From IMG/VR virus record IMGVR_UViG_2529293084_000006: a stretch of DNA of 57,580 nucleotides. One strand, 5' to 3'. Shown in pieces: positions 19,297-27,207 of the stretch; the first letter of the stretch is position 1; every line of letters starts with the position of its first letter. Source of the stretch: a virus. Taxonomy: Duplodnaviria > Heunggongvirae > Uroviricota > Caudoviricetes. A model generated the notes under the pieces. It ran no database searches. It had not been told where the DNA came from and saw nothing but the letters and a program-made list of their open reading frames with translations. Made by a program: the position numbers and the translations under genes.

Positions 19297-19827
19297 ATGG
19301 CAAAACGCGTTACAAAATTAAAGGCCGCAGCCGAGGCTGCACCGCAGACCCGCGAAGAGGTCAGCCGCGATATCCGCACCCTGGGCGATATTCAGCGAGA
19401 GGCGCTGCGGCTGGAAACGGCGATGAATGATGAAGTGGCAGAAATCACCGCCCGTTATACGCCGCAGATTGAAAACCTTAAAAAAGAAATCAAAGTGCTT
19501 TTTAAGGGGATTCAGGACTGGTGCAAAACCAACCGAGATGAGCTGACGAACGGAGGCAAAACAAAAACTGCCAATCTGACCACCGGCACGGTGTCATGGC
19601 GGCTGGGAAATCCATCATGCAGCGTCAGCCGTGATGTGGAAGGCGTGATTGAAATGCTGCGCCGTATGGGGCTTGAGCGATTCATCCGCACGAAAGAGGA
19701 AGTGAACAAGGAAGCCGTCCTGGCGGAGCCGGATGCGGTGAAAGGCATTGCCGGTATAAAGGTGAATAAAGGCGCTGAAAGTTTTTATGTCGAGCCTTTT
19801 GAACAGGACGCCGGACTGAATAAATAA
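19297..19827 (+). CDS. gam: Gam-like host-nuclease inhibitor (DNA-end-binding)
   Basis: 176 aa; matches Mu Gam as I recall it along its length (ANRDELTNGGKxKTANLxTGxVSWR, LGLxRFIRTKxExNKEA). Confidence 0.8.
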   Translation: MAKRVTKLKAAAEAAPQTREEVSRDIRTLGDIQREALRLETAMNDEVAEITARYTPQIENLKKEIKVLFKGIQDWCKTNRDELTNGGKTKTANLTTGTVSWRLGNPSCSVSRDVEGVIEMLRRMGLERFIRTKEEVNKEAVLAEPDAVKGIAGIKVNKGAESFYVEPFEQDAGLNK

Positions 19828-19924
19828 CACCACATTAAATCTTTAAATATCACATCGTTTTAATTATGGCGCTCGCGTCAGGGGACTGCCTGCGCCTGAA
19901 AGCTGAAAATAAGGAATCGGAAAC

Positions 19925-20467
19925 ATGGCATATTTTTATTTCAAATTAGACATAGTGTACACAAATAAATATTTAACCGAATATCAGCGGGATGTTTTAC
20001 CGCTACGCAACAGTATTCTTCGGGCATTACTGAAAAATACAGGCGCTGCCGGATTGCGCTTAAAGCCGTTCGCCATGGACGTAATCAGTGAGTTTTATTT
20101 TTCTGGTTCTCTGCCTGCGGGCTGGCGTAAGCGCGATGATGTGGCTTTTATCGGGGGCGGACCGTGCTTTATTGCCAGACCTGATGAGTCATGCCCTGAA
20201 GGTCCGGCGATTGCCGCAATGGTTGAAGCCGCTGAACGCGAGTTAAGAAAGCGTCCTGATTTCCTTGTCTGGCTCTGTGAAAAGCTGGGGGTAATGAGAA
20301 TCCCCTCCATGTTTAACACGGACTCCTGGTGGACCCCTTCGTTCTCCCGTGATGCCCTGTGCGTGGTGTTTAAAGTGGGCGCTTATGGCAGGGAAATAAA
20401 CGGGTGTATTCCTGAAGAATGCCAGGAAATTAAACATTCTGAATATGTGGCGCTGACGGAGGAATAA
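19925..20467 (+). CDS. Hypothetical early protein
   Basis: 180-aa ORF with RBS. Confidence 0.4.
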   Translation: MAYFYFKLDIVYTNKYLTEYQRDVLPLRNSILRALLKNTGAAGLRLKPFAMDVISEFYFSGSLPAGWRKRDDVAFIGGGPCFIARPDESCPEGPAIAAMVEAAERELRKRPDFLVWLCEKLGVMRIPSMFNTDSWWTPSFSRDALCVVFKVGAYGREINGCIPEECQEIKHSEYVALTEE

Positions 20468-20470
20468 TTC

Positions 20471-21004
20471 ATGATTGATGCAAAAGTGCTTGAAGGGGTT
20501 AAAAACTGGCTGAGTATTTACGGGCGTCTGACCTGCGGAGTTCTGGCTGAAAAAATGAATATGCCGCCATCCTCGATGGTTTATTTTCTGCGTGATGCGG
20601 TTGATGCCGGGGTGCTGACGGAATGTAACGGTTTTTATGATATTCCGCGTCCCCGCCCGGTGCAGCCGGTTCGTCGCAAATGCAGCCAGGAGTCTGCGGC
20701 TGATGATGTTCAGTGGTGCAGCTTCAGAAAATCCCTGCCGTGGATTGAGGGGCATGATATTCCGTCGATGGCGTGGGAATTTGCTCAGGGCATACTGACC
20801 TGTGAAACCGTTTATGTGGTGGCTGAAGTTGATGAGCAGGCCATGAAAGAAGGTGTACCCCAGTTTGTGATGGCGTATATCGACATACGCCTGGGTGTCA
20901 TTATCTGCGGTTTAAGCGGCTGGAATATCACCGGACATGTTCTGCGTTACCTGATTGTTGACCGGACAGCGGCACCGGCCGCGATTTCTGCGGAGGTGGC
21001 GTAA
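20471..21004 (+). CDS. Hypothetical early protein, possible N-terminal winged-helix
   Basis: 177-aa ORF with GGAGG RBS. Confidence 0.4.
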   Translation: MIDAKVLEGVKNWLSIYGRLTCGVLAEKMNMPPSSMVYFLRDAVDAGVLTECNGFYDIPRPRPVQPVRRKCSQESAADDVQWCSFRKSLPWIEGHDIPSMAWEFAQGILTCETVYVVAEVDEQAMKEGVPQFVMAYIDIRLGVIICGLSGWNITGHVLRYLIVDRTAAPAAISAEVA

Positions 21005-21519
21005 TGTTCTTTAAAACATCGAACCCTGCCGCGCTGGCCGCGTGGCAAAAATATCAGCAGGACTGCCAGAAAGTTAAGGATGAGGCAAAGCGCCTTGAGG
21101 CTGTGCTGAATGTTGATTGCCGGTCGGTATTTGTATCCGATATCAGTGGCTTTTGTTTTAAGGGGCTGAGTTTTACGGATGACAAATATCCTTTTCATCG
21201 TGATTTATGGCGAAAACCAACTGCGTCGAATGGCTGGAGCTGCACACCGCGCACGTCACGTATCCCTAAAGCCCTGCGTGTTGCCTCTGATGAACTGAAT
21301 ATTCTGTGGTTTGAATATTCGCCCGTCACGTATGCCAGAACCGATGCGCTGTTGTTCTGGCTGGGCATTGACTTCTCAGCAATATTGCATGGTCCCGTGA
21401 AGTGGTTCTGCGTTGACGATGTGATTTATCTCCAGTGCGGCGTAAAACCCGCAAAACAGAGAATGACCGAAATTCTGCCTGATGAGTTTTATGCTGCCGA
21501 AAAGCGAGTCAGGGGGTGA
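21004..21519 (+). CDS. Hypothetical early protein
   Basis: 171-aa ORF with GGAGGTG RBS. Confidence 0.4.
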   Translation: MFFKTSNPAALAAWQKYQQDCQKVKDEAKRLEAVLNVDCRSVFVSDISGFCFKGLSFTDDKYPFHRDLWRKPTASNGWSCTPRTSRIPKALRVASDELNILWFEYSPVTYARTDALLFWLGIDFSAILHGPVKWFCVDDVIYLQCGVKPAKQRMTEILPDEFYAAEKRVRG

Positions 21520-21522
21520 TGC

Positions 21523-22074
21523 ATGATGAAATTACAACCCATGGGGAGAAAAGGCCGTGCACCCGCTCATGTCCGTGCGTGGACACCTGAAGAAGATGCA
21601 CTGCTGATTGCGCTTTATCCATCCACCCCGGTTAAGGATATTGCTGTCAGGGTAAAAAGAAGTTTCTGGGGTGTACATCACCGGATTGTTTTATTACGCG
21701 GCACTTACCCGGAGTTGCTCAAATGCAAACGTCCAAGATTTAAACATGATGAAGATAAATTTATCCGAAAAAATGCCAGAACGATGACCGGTAAGCAAAT
21801 AGGAGAATATCTGGGGCGAGACCGGGATTCTGTCCACAATCGGGCGAGATATATTGGCGTAAGCATGAAAAAATACGGAGAATTGCTGCCCTTCACCCGT
21901 ATATCTGATGATGATGTTCGTCTTATTCGTGAATTACGGGATGCTGAATCACCACGACGTCTTACCTTCCGGGAAATAGGCGAGAAATTTGAATTATCCG
22001 AGAGTACGGTAAATTTTATTTATCACCATCGCCGGACTGCCGAAGATGTTGTATTACGGGAGTTAATGCCATGA
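21523..22074 (+). CDS. Protein with Mor/C-family C-terminal HTH domain and an N-terminal extension
   Basis: 183 aa; C-terminus ..IRELRDAESPRRLTFREIGEKFELSESTVNFIYHHRR resembles the Mor C-terminal HTH as I recall it. Confidence 0.45.
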   Translation: MMKLQPMGRKGRAPAHVRAWTPEEDALLIALYPSTPVKDIAVRVKRSFWGVHHRIVLLRGTYPELLKCKRPRFKHDEDKFIRKNARTMTGKQIGEYLGRDRDSVHNRARYIGVSMKKYGELLPFTRISDDDVRLIRELRDAESPRRLTFREIGEKFELSESTVNFIYHHRRTAEDVVLRELMP

Positions 22075-22382
22075 TAACGACATTATTTGTTGAATCAGAC
22101 GAGCCTCTGGTATGTGCCGCCGGAATGTCGGTTTGTGGCGGAACGCTGACCGGTGTTTATTTCGGGGATTTGCGCGGTTATCCCTGGCATTCACTGGATG
22201 ACGCATTTCCGCCTGATATGGAGGCTGTCGTGCTGATTGTTCAGTATGGTGACCAACAGGAACTGCGCATCGGCCATATGGGGTATGAAGGCTTTTTTAT
22301 TGATGAAGAAACCGGAGCCTGCCTTGAAGATGAGGACGGACAGGTGACGCACTGGTGCCATATTTCAGCTTTACCGGAATGA
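22071..22382 (+). CDS. Hypothetical early protein
   Basis: 103-aa acidic ORF. Confidence 0.35.
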   Translation: MITTLFVESDEPLVCAAGMSVCGGTLTGVYFGDLRGYPWHSLDDAFPPDMEAVVLIVQYGDQQELRIGHMGYEGFFIDEETGACLEDEDGQVTHWCHISALPE

Positions 22383-22396
22383 CGGGAGGTGAATGC

Positions 22397-22747
22397 GTGA
22401 GAAGTTATATTGATAATGAAAAACTGAAGACAATCAGCGACTGTCTTAGCTTGCTGGCAAAAATAAAAGAAACCATTGAAGAGATTAAATTTCAGCTTGA
22501 ATACGCACCCTGTGGTGATGATACATGGCGTAACTCTGCCAGAAAAGCACTGGCTGTCTTTCAGAAACAACGCCGGACTGTTGAATACCGCCTTGCTGTA
22601 TTACGCCAGGAGGAAAAGGAAAGAAATATAAGATGTCACGAGCGCGTTAATAACTTCCTTGTTCGTGAATTAAAAGAACGTGTGCCGGAGTCGGTATTTT
22701 TTGAGTGTGAGGCTGTTGCCCGTAGCAAAGCACTGGAAACTGATTAA
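22397..22747 (+). CDS. Hypothetical early protein
   Basis: ORF 22355..22747 trimmed to GTG at 22397 with GGAGG RBS. Confidence 0.35.
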   Translation: MRSYIDNEKLKTISDCLSLLAKIKETIEEIKFQLEYAPCGDDTWRNSARKALAVFQKQRRTVEYRLAVLRQEEKERNIRCHERVNNFLVRELKERVPESVFFECEAVARSKALETD

Positions 22748-22759
22748 ACAGGCAGGTGA

Positions 22760-23095
22760 ATGATGAGTATTGAATTAAGATCGTCTTATGAATATCGTAA
22801 AATTCTCATCGCCGGAGGCATGAAACCGGAAGATGCAGAAAAAATTGTTTCTTTTATGGATAAAGAATGTGACAAACGGGATATGCCAGAAATTATTATG
22901 GATGACATGATTCTGCATTCAGCCGTAGCGTTAAGCCCGTTATGGATTGTGCATTCTCTTGCTGAAATTGCCAAAGGCACCGATAAACAGGCAGCTGTTG
23001 CTGCCCTTCAGACGCTTAATGAAATGCGTATATCTCCACGCCCGACATTAATACATATGATTCTCTCCAGTATGGAGGATAAAGCAAATGAATAG
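22760..23095 (+). CDS. Hypothetical early protein
   Basis: 111-aa ORF. Confidence 0.35.
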   Translation: MMSIELRSSYEYRKILIAGGMKPEDAEKIVSFMDKECDKRDMPEIIMDDMILHSAVALSPLWIVHSLAEIAKGTDKQAAVAALQTLNEMRISPRPTLIHMILSSMEDKANE

Positions 23096-23285
23096 TCTAC
23101 CCGCTGGATGGGCGCGGCCACTAATGGCCAGGAAGCATCATTTTTTTAAAACAGGCGAAAATATCAGTATATGTGGACGGTGGTTATATCTGGCTCATAA
23201 TCGCGAGCCGGATACATTTGAAAGCCCTGATGACTGTGCCGAATGCCGCAGAAGAGTGAATAAGGAGAAAGATAATGGACAATAG
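23088..23285 (+). CDS. Small Cys-containing protein (possible zinc ribbon)
   Basis: 65 aa with ICGRW...CAEC; GGAGG RBS. Confidence 0.35.
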   Translation: MNSLPAGWARPLMARKHHFFKTGENISICGRWLYLAHNREPDTFESPDDCAECRRRVNKEKDNGQ

Positions 23286-23571
23286 TTCTCTGTTGTTCTG
23301 GTGCTTATATATCACATCCTTTTTCGGCGCATTTGTTATTACCCGGTGGTTATGTCGAAAAATCATCTGCTTTTTTGATAAAAGACATCCGGTTGAACGG
23401 GCGGCTGATGCGCTCATTCAGCAGGCCATTGTGTTATATAGCGGTGAATTTTTCTGCCGAATAACAACCAGAGATGGCTGGCACATAATGATTATTCCAC
23501 CAACACACCATGCCCGGTGGGATGAGGCAGAAAAGGCTTTCCATGTCCGTAAAAAGGTAAATACGGTATGA
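23275..23571 (+). CDS. Small membrane protein
   Basis: 98 aa with a hydrophobic N-terminal helix; AAGGAG RBS. Confidence 0.35.
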   Translation: MDNSSLLFWCLYITSFFGAFVITRWLCRKIICFFDKRHPVERAADALIQQAIVLYSGEFFCRITTRDGWHIMIIPPTHHARWDEAEKAFHVRKKVNTV

Positions 23572-24077
23572 GAGGAAAACTGATATCCGCCATTCATGTG
23601 GCAAAGCGCGAGCTTGCCCTGGATGATGAGACTTATACATCCGCGCTGCTGGCAGCCACCGGCAAAACCAGCTGCCGGGATATGTCAGCGGATGAGTTAT
23701 CCCGCGTGCTGGATGTTTTCAAAAAACGCGGTTTTAAAGTGCGCCAGAAGCCGGTTAACCGGGCCTTAAAACCGGGTACGGTGACCGCCAAAATTCGTGC
23801 CATCTGGAAGGTAATGCACCGGCAGGGCTTTATCTCTGATGGTGCGGAAACCGCCCTTAACCGCTGGGTGAAATCGCAGACGGCCGCGCAGAACGGCGGC
23901 GAAGGTGTGGCAAACTGGCAGTGGCTGGAGCAACACCCCGCCCTGGCCTCAGATGTGCTGGAGCGTCTCAAGCGATGGCACCGCCGCAAAATGCTGGCCG
24001 CGATGGGAATGCCCGAACGCACGCTGATGGGGTATGACGCCGTTTGCAGGCAGTATGAAAAATCACTTCCCCGTTAA
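23568..24077 (+). CDS. GemA-like protein (Mu gp16 family)
   Basis: 169 aa; last early gene before a strong terminator; motifs (HVAKRELALDDETY, DMSxxELxRVLDxFKxxGFK) match my recollection of GemA. Confidence 0.55.
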   Translation: MRGKLISAIHVAKRELALDDETYTSALLAATGKTSCRDMSADELSRVLDVFKKRGFKVRQKPVNRALKPGTVTAKIRAIWKVMHRQGFISDGAETALNRWVKSQTAAQNGGEGVANWQWLEQHPALASDVLERLKRWHRRKMLAAMGMPERTLMGYDAVCRQYEKSLPR

Positions 24078-24081
24078 CCCC

Positions 24082-24112
24082 AAATCCCGCCACAACGCGG
24101 GATTTTTATTTT
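24082..24112 (+). terminator. Rho-independent terminator at the end of the early operon
   Basis: AAATCCCGC-CACAAC-GCGGGATTT stem followed by TTTTTATTTT, about 10.45 kb from the left end. Confidence 0.7.
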
Positions 24113-24146
24113 AAACTTACCGGGAACGCGAGAACCGGAGGCTGAT

Positions 24147-24572
24147 ATGGCAGAAACTCAGATGAGCATGTTTGGTGGTGACAGTGAGCAACTGCACGCC
24201 CTTATCGACCGCCTTGATGACATCCCTGATGATGTTCTCAAAAAGAACTGGCCGCGGACCCTGTCAGAACTGGTTGAAGTCACCGGCGCAGAACTTCAGC
24301 GTCAGGGGATTGAGCCGGTACTGGCCGGTAAACTGGCACGCAAGGTGGCTGCGGCTCAGGCCGCCTATATGGGCGGACGGGGTTATTACCTGCCGGTCGG
24401 GGAATCTCTCTTTGCCGAGCTGCGAAACAATGAGATATTTTCGCGCTGGGACCGGGGCGAGAAAATTGAATCCCTTCGCCGCCATTACCGGATGTCAGAA
24501 ACCCAGATTTATACCGTCATACGCGAACAGCGCCGTCTGCATCTGGCAAGAACGCAACCGCCACTTTTCTGA
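24147..24572 (+). CDS. Mor/C-family transcription activator (C-like, late-gene activator by position)
   Basis: 141 aa; C-terminus (..GGRGYYLPVG..LRNNEIFSRW..RMSETQIYTVIREQRR) matches the Mor/C HTH pattern; located just upstream of the lysis genes. Confidence 0.65.
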   Translation: MAETQMSMFGGDSEQLHALIDRLDDIPDDVLKKNWPRTLSELVEVTGAELQRQGIEPVLAGKLARKVAAAQAAYMGGRGYYLPVGESLFAELRNNEIFSRWDRGEKIESLRRHYRMSETQIYTVIREQRRLHLARTQPPLF

Positions 24573-24643
24573 TATTCCGCAAAGCCTGCCGCCTCTCCTT
24601 CACCGTTACGCTGACTCAGAGAACATCATGAGACAGCGTAACA

Positions 24644-25144
24644 ATGCCAAAACTCCCCGCATCACTGCGTAAAAAGCTGATTGCCCTTGTTCTGGCCGGT
24701 GCCGGGACGTTCACTATTGCCACGCATTACACCGGTTACTGGGAAGGGAAAGAAAACTCCACGTATATCGATCCCACCGGTACACCCACCATCTGTTACG
24801 GCCATACCGGCCCGGATGTGAAACCGGGTATGACCCTGACAGATGAAGAATGCCTGGAACTACTGGAAAAGGACATGAAATGGGCCTTTGCGGCCATTGA
24901 TCGGCGTGTTCAGGTGCCGCTTACCCGTGGTCAGACGGTGGCGCTGGCTTCGTGGATCTTCTGGGCCGGTGAAACGAACTTTCGCAACTCCACGCTTCTG
25001 CGCCTGATCAATGCCGGGCAGATGCCCGCGTCCTGTAAGCAGTATATCCGCTGGATTTATTCAAAGGGGGTGAAACTCCCCGGCCTTGAGGCCCGCCGTT
25101 CGGCGGATGAATGGTTATGTCGCTACGACTTGCCGAAAGTCTGA
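24644..25144 (+). CDS. Endolysin, T4-lysozyme-like muramidase with an N-terminal hydrophobic (SAR-like) segment
   Basis: 166 aa; motif EGKENSTYIDPTGTPTICYGHTG; N-terminal ALVLAGAGTFTIA. Confidence 0.75.
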   Translation: MPKLPASLRKKLIALVLAGAGTFTIATHYTGYWEGKENSTYIDPTGTPTICYGHTGPDVKPGMTLTDEECLELLEKDMKWAFAAIDRRVQVPLTRGQTVALASWIFWAGETNFRNSTLLRLINAGQMPASCKQYIRWIYSKGVKLPGLEARRSADEWLCRYDLPKV

Positions 25145-25217
25145 ACCGCTTCTGGCGACCGCTCATGATAGCGCTGCTGTGTGCGGTACTGCTGTTACGG
25201 GGTGTCCTGTGGCTGCG

Positions 25218-25607
25218 GTGAATAATGCCTTACCGGCCCTGATTGCCGGGGCGTGCATGGCGGCGCTGGGGATTATCGCTGTACTGGTTGCCGCGATATG
25301 GGGAATGCACCAGAAGACACAGCGCCTTGAAGACAATAATCAGGTGCTTGTGCGTGAGCGGGATGAGGCGCGTCAGGTGCTGGCAAATCAGCAGCACACC
25401 CTGCAACTCATTTCACAAATCAGTGAGGCGGCCACGAATGAAAAACAACAGAACATTCAGCACAGCGAGGGGCAGCAGAGCGTTGTCCGCCGGTCGCTGG
25501 CAGCAGTGCCTGCGGCCTCTGCCCCTGTTCCTGATGATGTGGCTGATCGGGTGCGCCGGGCCGTCTGTGAAATACGTGCCTGTGAAGCCGGTGCCGATCC
25601 CCGCTGA
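25218..25607 (+). CDS. i-spanin (Rz-like)
   Basis: N-terminal TM helix then a long coiled-coil; start uncertain (GTG 25218 or ATG 25257); track ORF 25086..25607. Confidence 0.45.
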   Translation: MNNALPALIAGACMAALGIIAVLVAAIWGMHQKTQRLEDNNQVLVRERDEARQVLANQQHTLQLISQISEAATNEKQQNIQHSEGQQSVVRRSLAAVPAASAPVPDDVADRVRRAVCEIRACEAGADPR

Positions 25608-25809
25608 ATGGCTGGCTGACTGCCTGGTCCCTCCTGCGCCGGAGCCGTTCACGTTTGGGGCATCGGTCACTTACAACCTGCAACTGCTGGCGGTGATCAA
25701 GAACTGCAACGTGGACAAGGCCAGTATTCGTCGTCTGGAGGCGCGGCGACAACATGAATTTACTGATATGGCCGGAACGCCTGCTGTTCCGGCAGGAAAG
25801 ACGAAGTAA
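25438..25809 (+). CDS. o-spanin lipoprotein (Rz1-like), overlapping the i-spanin in another frame
   Basis: Internal ATG at 25438 with GAGG RBS; signal peptide with lipobox LIGC; proline-rich. Confidence 0.55.
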   Translation: MKNNRTFSTARGSRALSAGRWQQCLRPLPLFLMMWLIGCAGPSVKYVPVKPVPIPAEWLADCLVPPAPEPFTFGASVTYNLQLLAVIKNCNVDKASIRRLEARRQHEFTDMAGTPAVPAGKTK

Positions 25810-25819
25810 GGAAAAAGGT

Positions 25820-26047
25820 ATGGATGATTCAGATCGTGCTCAGGCTGTGATGGAGCGGGGATCAGAACGCGCCCTTTGTAACCGGCTGACACGTAAGCGC
25901 CGGGCAATGGATGCTCCGGGCAGACGTGTCTGCGCAGACTGTGGCGGAGAGATCCCCGCCGCACGTCTTGTTGCTGTGCCGGATGCCATCCGTTGTGTGA
26001 ACTGCCAGAACATCATGGAGGCCCGTTATGTGGGTCAGCATCGTTAA
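25820..26047 (+). CDS. TraR/DksA-family C4 zinc-finger protein
   Basis: 75 aa from ATG 25820; CADCGGEIPAARL...RCVNCQ. Confidence 0.55.
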   Translation: MDDSDRAQAVMERGSERALCNRLTRKRRAMDAPGRRVCADCGGEIPAARLVAVPDAIRCVNCQNIMEARYVGQHR

Positions 26048-26336
26048 AGATTATGTTGTGCCGATCCTTTCGGCGACGGCAACCGCTGGCGGGATATTCA
26101 TGGCGCTGATGCGCAAAACGTTTGTCCCCCGCGAGGCCTTTGAAAAACTCTCCGACCGCGTTGAGAAGGTGGAAACCCGCCTGTCGTCACTGCCGACAGA
26201 AGCCGAGGTCAACCGTCTGAATGTGGAAATCGTGACCCTGCGGGGTGAACTGAAAACCACGAACGCCACGCTCCGCTCTGTCTCCTATCAGAACGAACTG
26301 CTGCTGGAGCAGGCTGTAAGGAAAAAAACGCAATGA
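26028..26336 (+). CDS. Small membrane / coiled-coil protein (Mu gp25 position)
   Basis: 102 aa; N-terminal TM then coiled coil. Confidence 0.4.
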   Translation: MWVSIVKDYVVPILSATATAGGIFMALMRKTFVPREAFEKLSDRVEKVETRLSSLPTEAEVNRLNVEIVTLRGELKTTNATLRSVSYQNELLLEQAVRKKTQ

Positions 26337-26623
26337 GTGATTTCATTACTGAAGATCAGCGTCTGGTCATTCTGCGGTCGCTGGCAGATTACAACGGTGA
26401 ACTGGGTGAATCCGTGCTCCAGGACTGTCTGGATGATTACGGCCACCGCGTGTCCCGCGACACCGTTCACACCCACATTGCCTGGCTTGCCGAGCAGGGA
26501 CTGGTGCGCAAACGCGTTCTGATTAACGGTTATTTCATCGCAGAGCTGACTGGTCGTGGGCAGGATGTGGCGGAAGGCCGGGCCTGCGTTCCGGGTGTGA
26601 AGAAACCACGCGCAAGGGGGTAA
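26333..26623 (+). CDS. Conserved Mu-like phage protein (gp26 position)
   Basis: 96-aa ORF upstream of the terminase genes. Confidence 0.4.
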   Translation: MSDFITEDQRLVILRSLADYNGELGESVLQDCLDDYGHRVSRDTVHTHIAWLAEQGLVRKRVLINGYFIAELTGRGQDVAEGRACVPGVKKPRARG

Positions 26624-26625
26624 CG

Positions 26626-27207
26626 ATGGACAAGCCGACGCGTGGTCGTGTACGCAAGGTGGATTTGCTCCCCGACAGCATCCGTAAGCCGCTGCTGGAA
26701 ATGCTGCGTGAAAAACGTCTGACGCAGGTCCAGATCCGCGAGGAAATCAACCGTCTGATCCGTGAGGCGGGCCTGCCGGAAGAGCAGCAGCTTTCACCGG
26801 CGGCCATCAGCCGGGAAGCCTCCCGTAATGAGCTGATTGCCCGTAACCTGCGTGATTTACGCGAGCAGACAAAAGCCATGATGGCCGAACTGGGGGACAA
26901 GCCAACCGGTGAAACCACTGCATTGATCCTGGAGATGTCCCGCGCCCTGATGTACCGCCGTCTGCGTGCCGCGACCGAATCCCTGAACAGTGACAGCGAC
27001 GTGGATATGCGTCTTATTAAGGACATCCTCCTGTCAGCACAGCGTGCGGAAAGTGCCGCCGAGCGCAGCATTAAGCGTGAAAAAGAAATCAGGGCTGCAT
27101 TTGCTGAAGAGATGGCAAACGCCGTCACCGACGAGCTGCGCGGCGTGGACGGGATGAGTGAACAGCTTGAGTCCCGTATTAAGGGGATTCTGTTGGGTAA
27201 AGTCTGA
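26626..27207 (+). CDS. Putative terminase small subunit (Mu gp27 position)
   Basis: 193 aa, charged and helical; stop overlaps the large-terminase start (ATGA). Confidence 0.5.
   Translation: MDKPTRGRVRKVDLLPDSIRKPLLEMLREKRLTQVQIREEINRLIREAGLPEEQQLSPAAISREASRNELIARNLRDLREQTKAMMAELGDKPTGETTALILEMSRALMYRRLRAATESLNSDSDVDMRLIKDILLSAQRAESAAERSIKREKEIRAAFAEEMANAVTDELRGVDGMSEQLESRIKGILLGKV

Noticed and set aside
26535-27128. 197-aa reverse-strand ORF
   Set aside because: Antisense to the putative small terminase gene; Arg/Ser-rich low-complexity translation typical of a GC-rich antisense frame.
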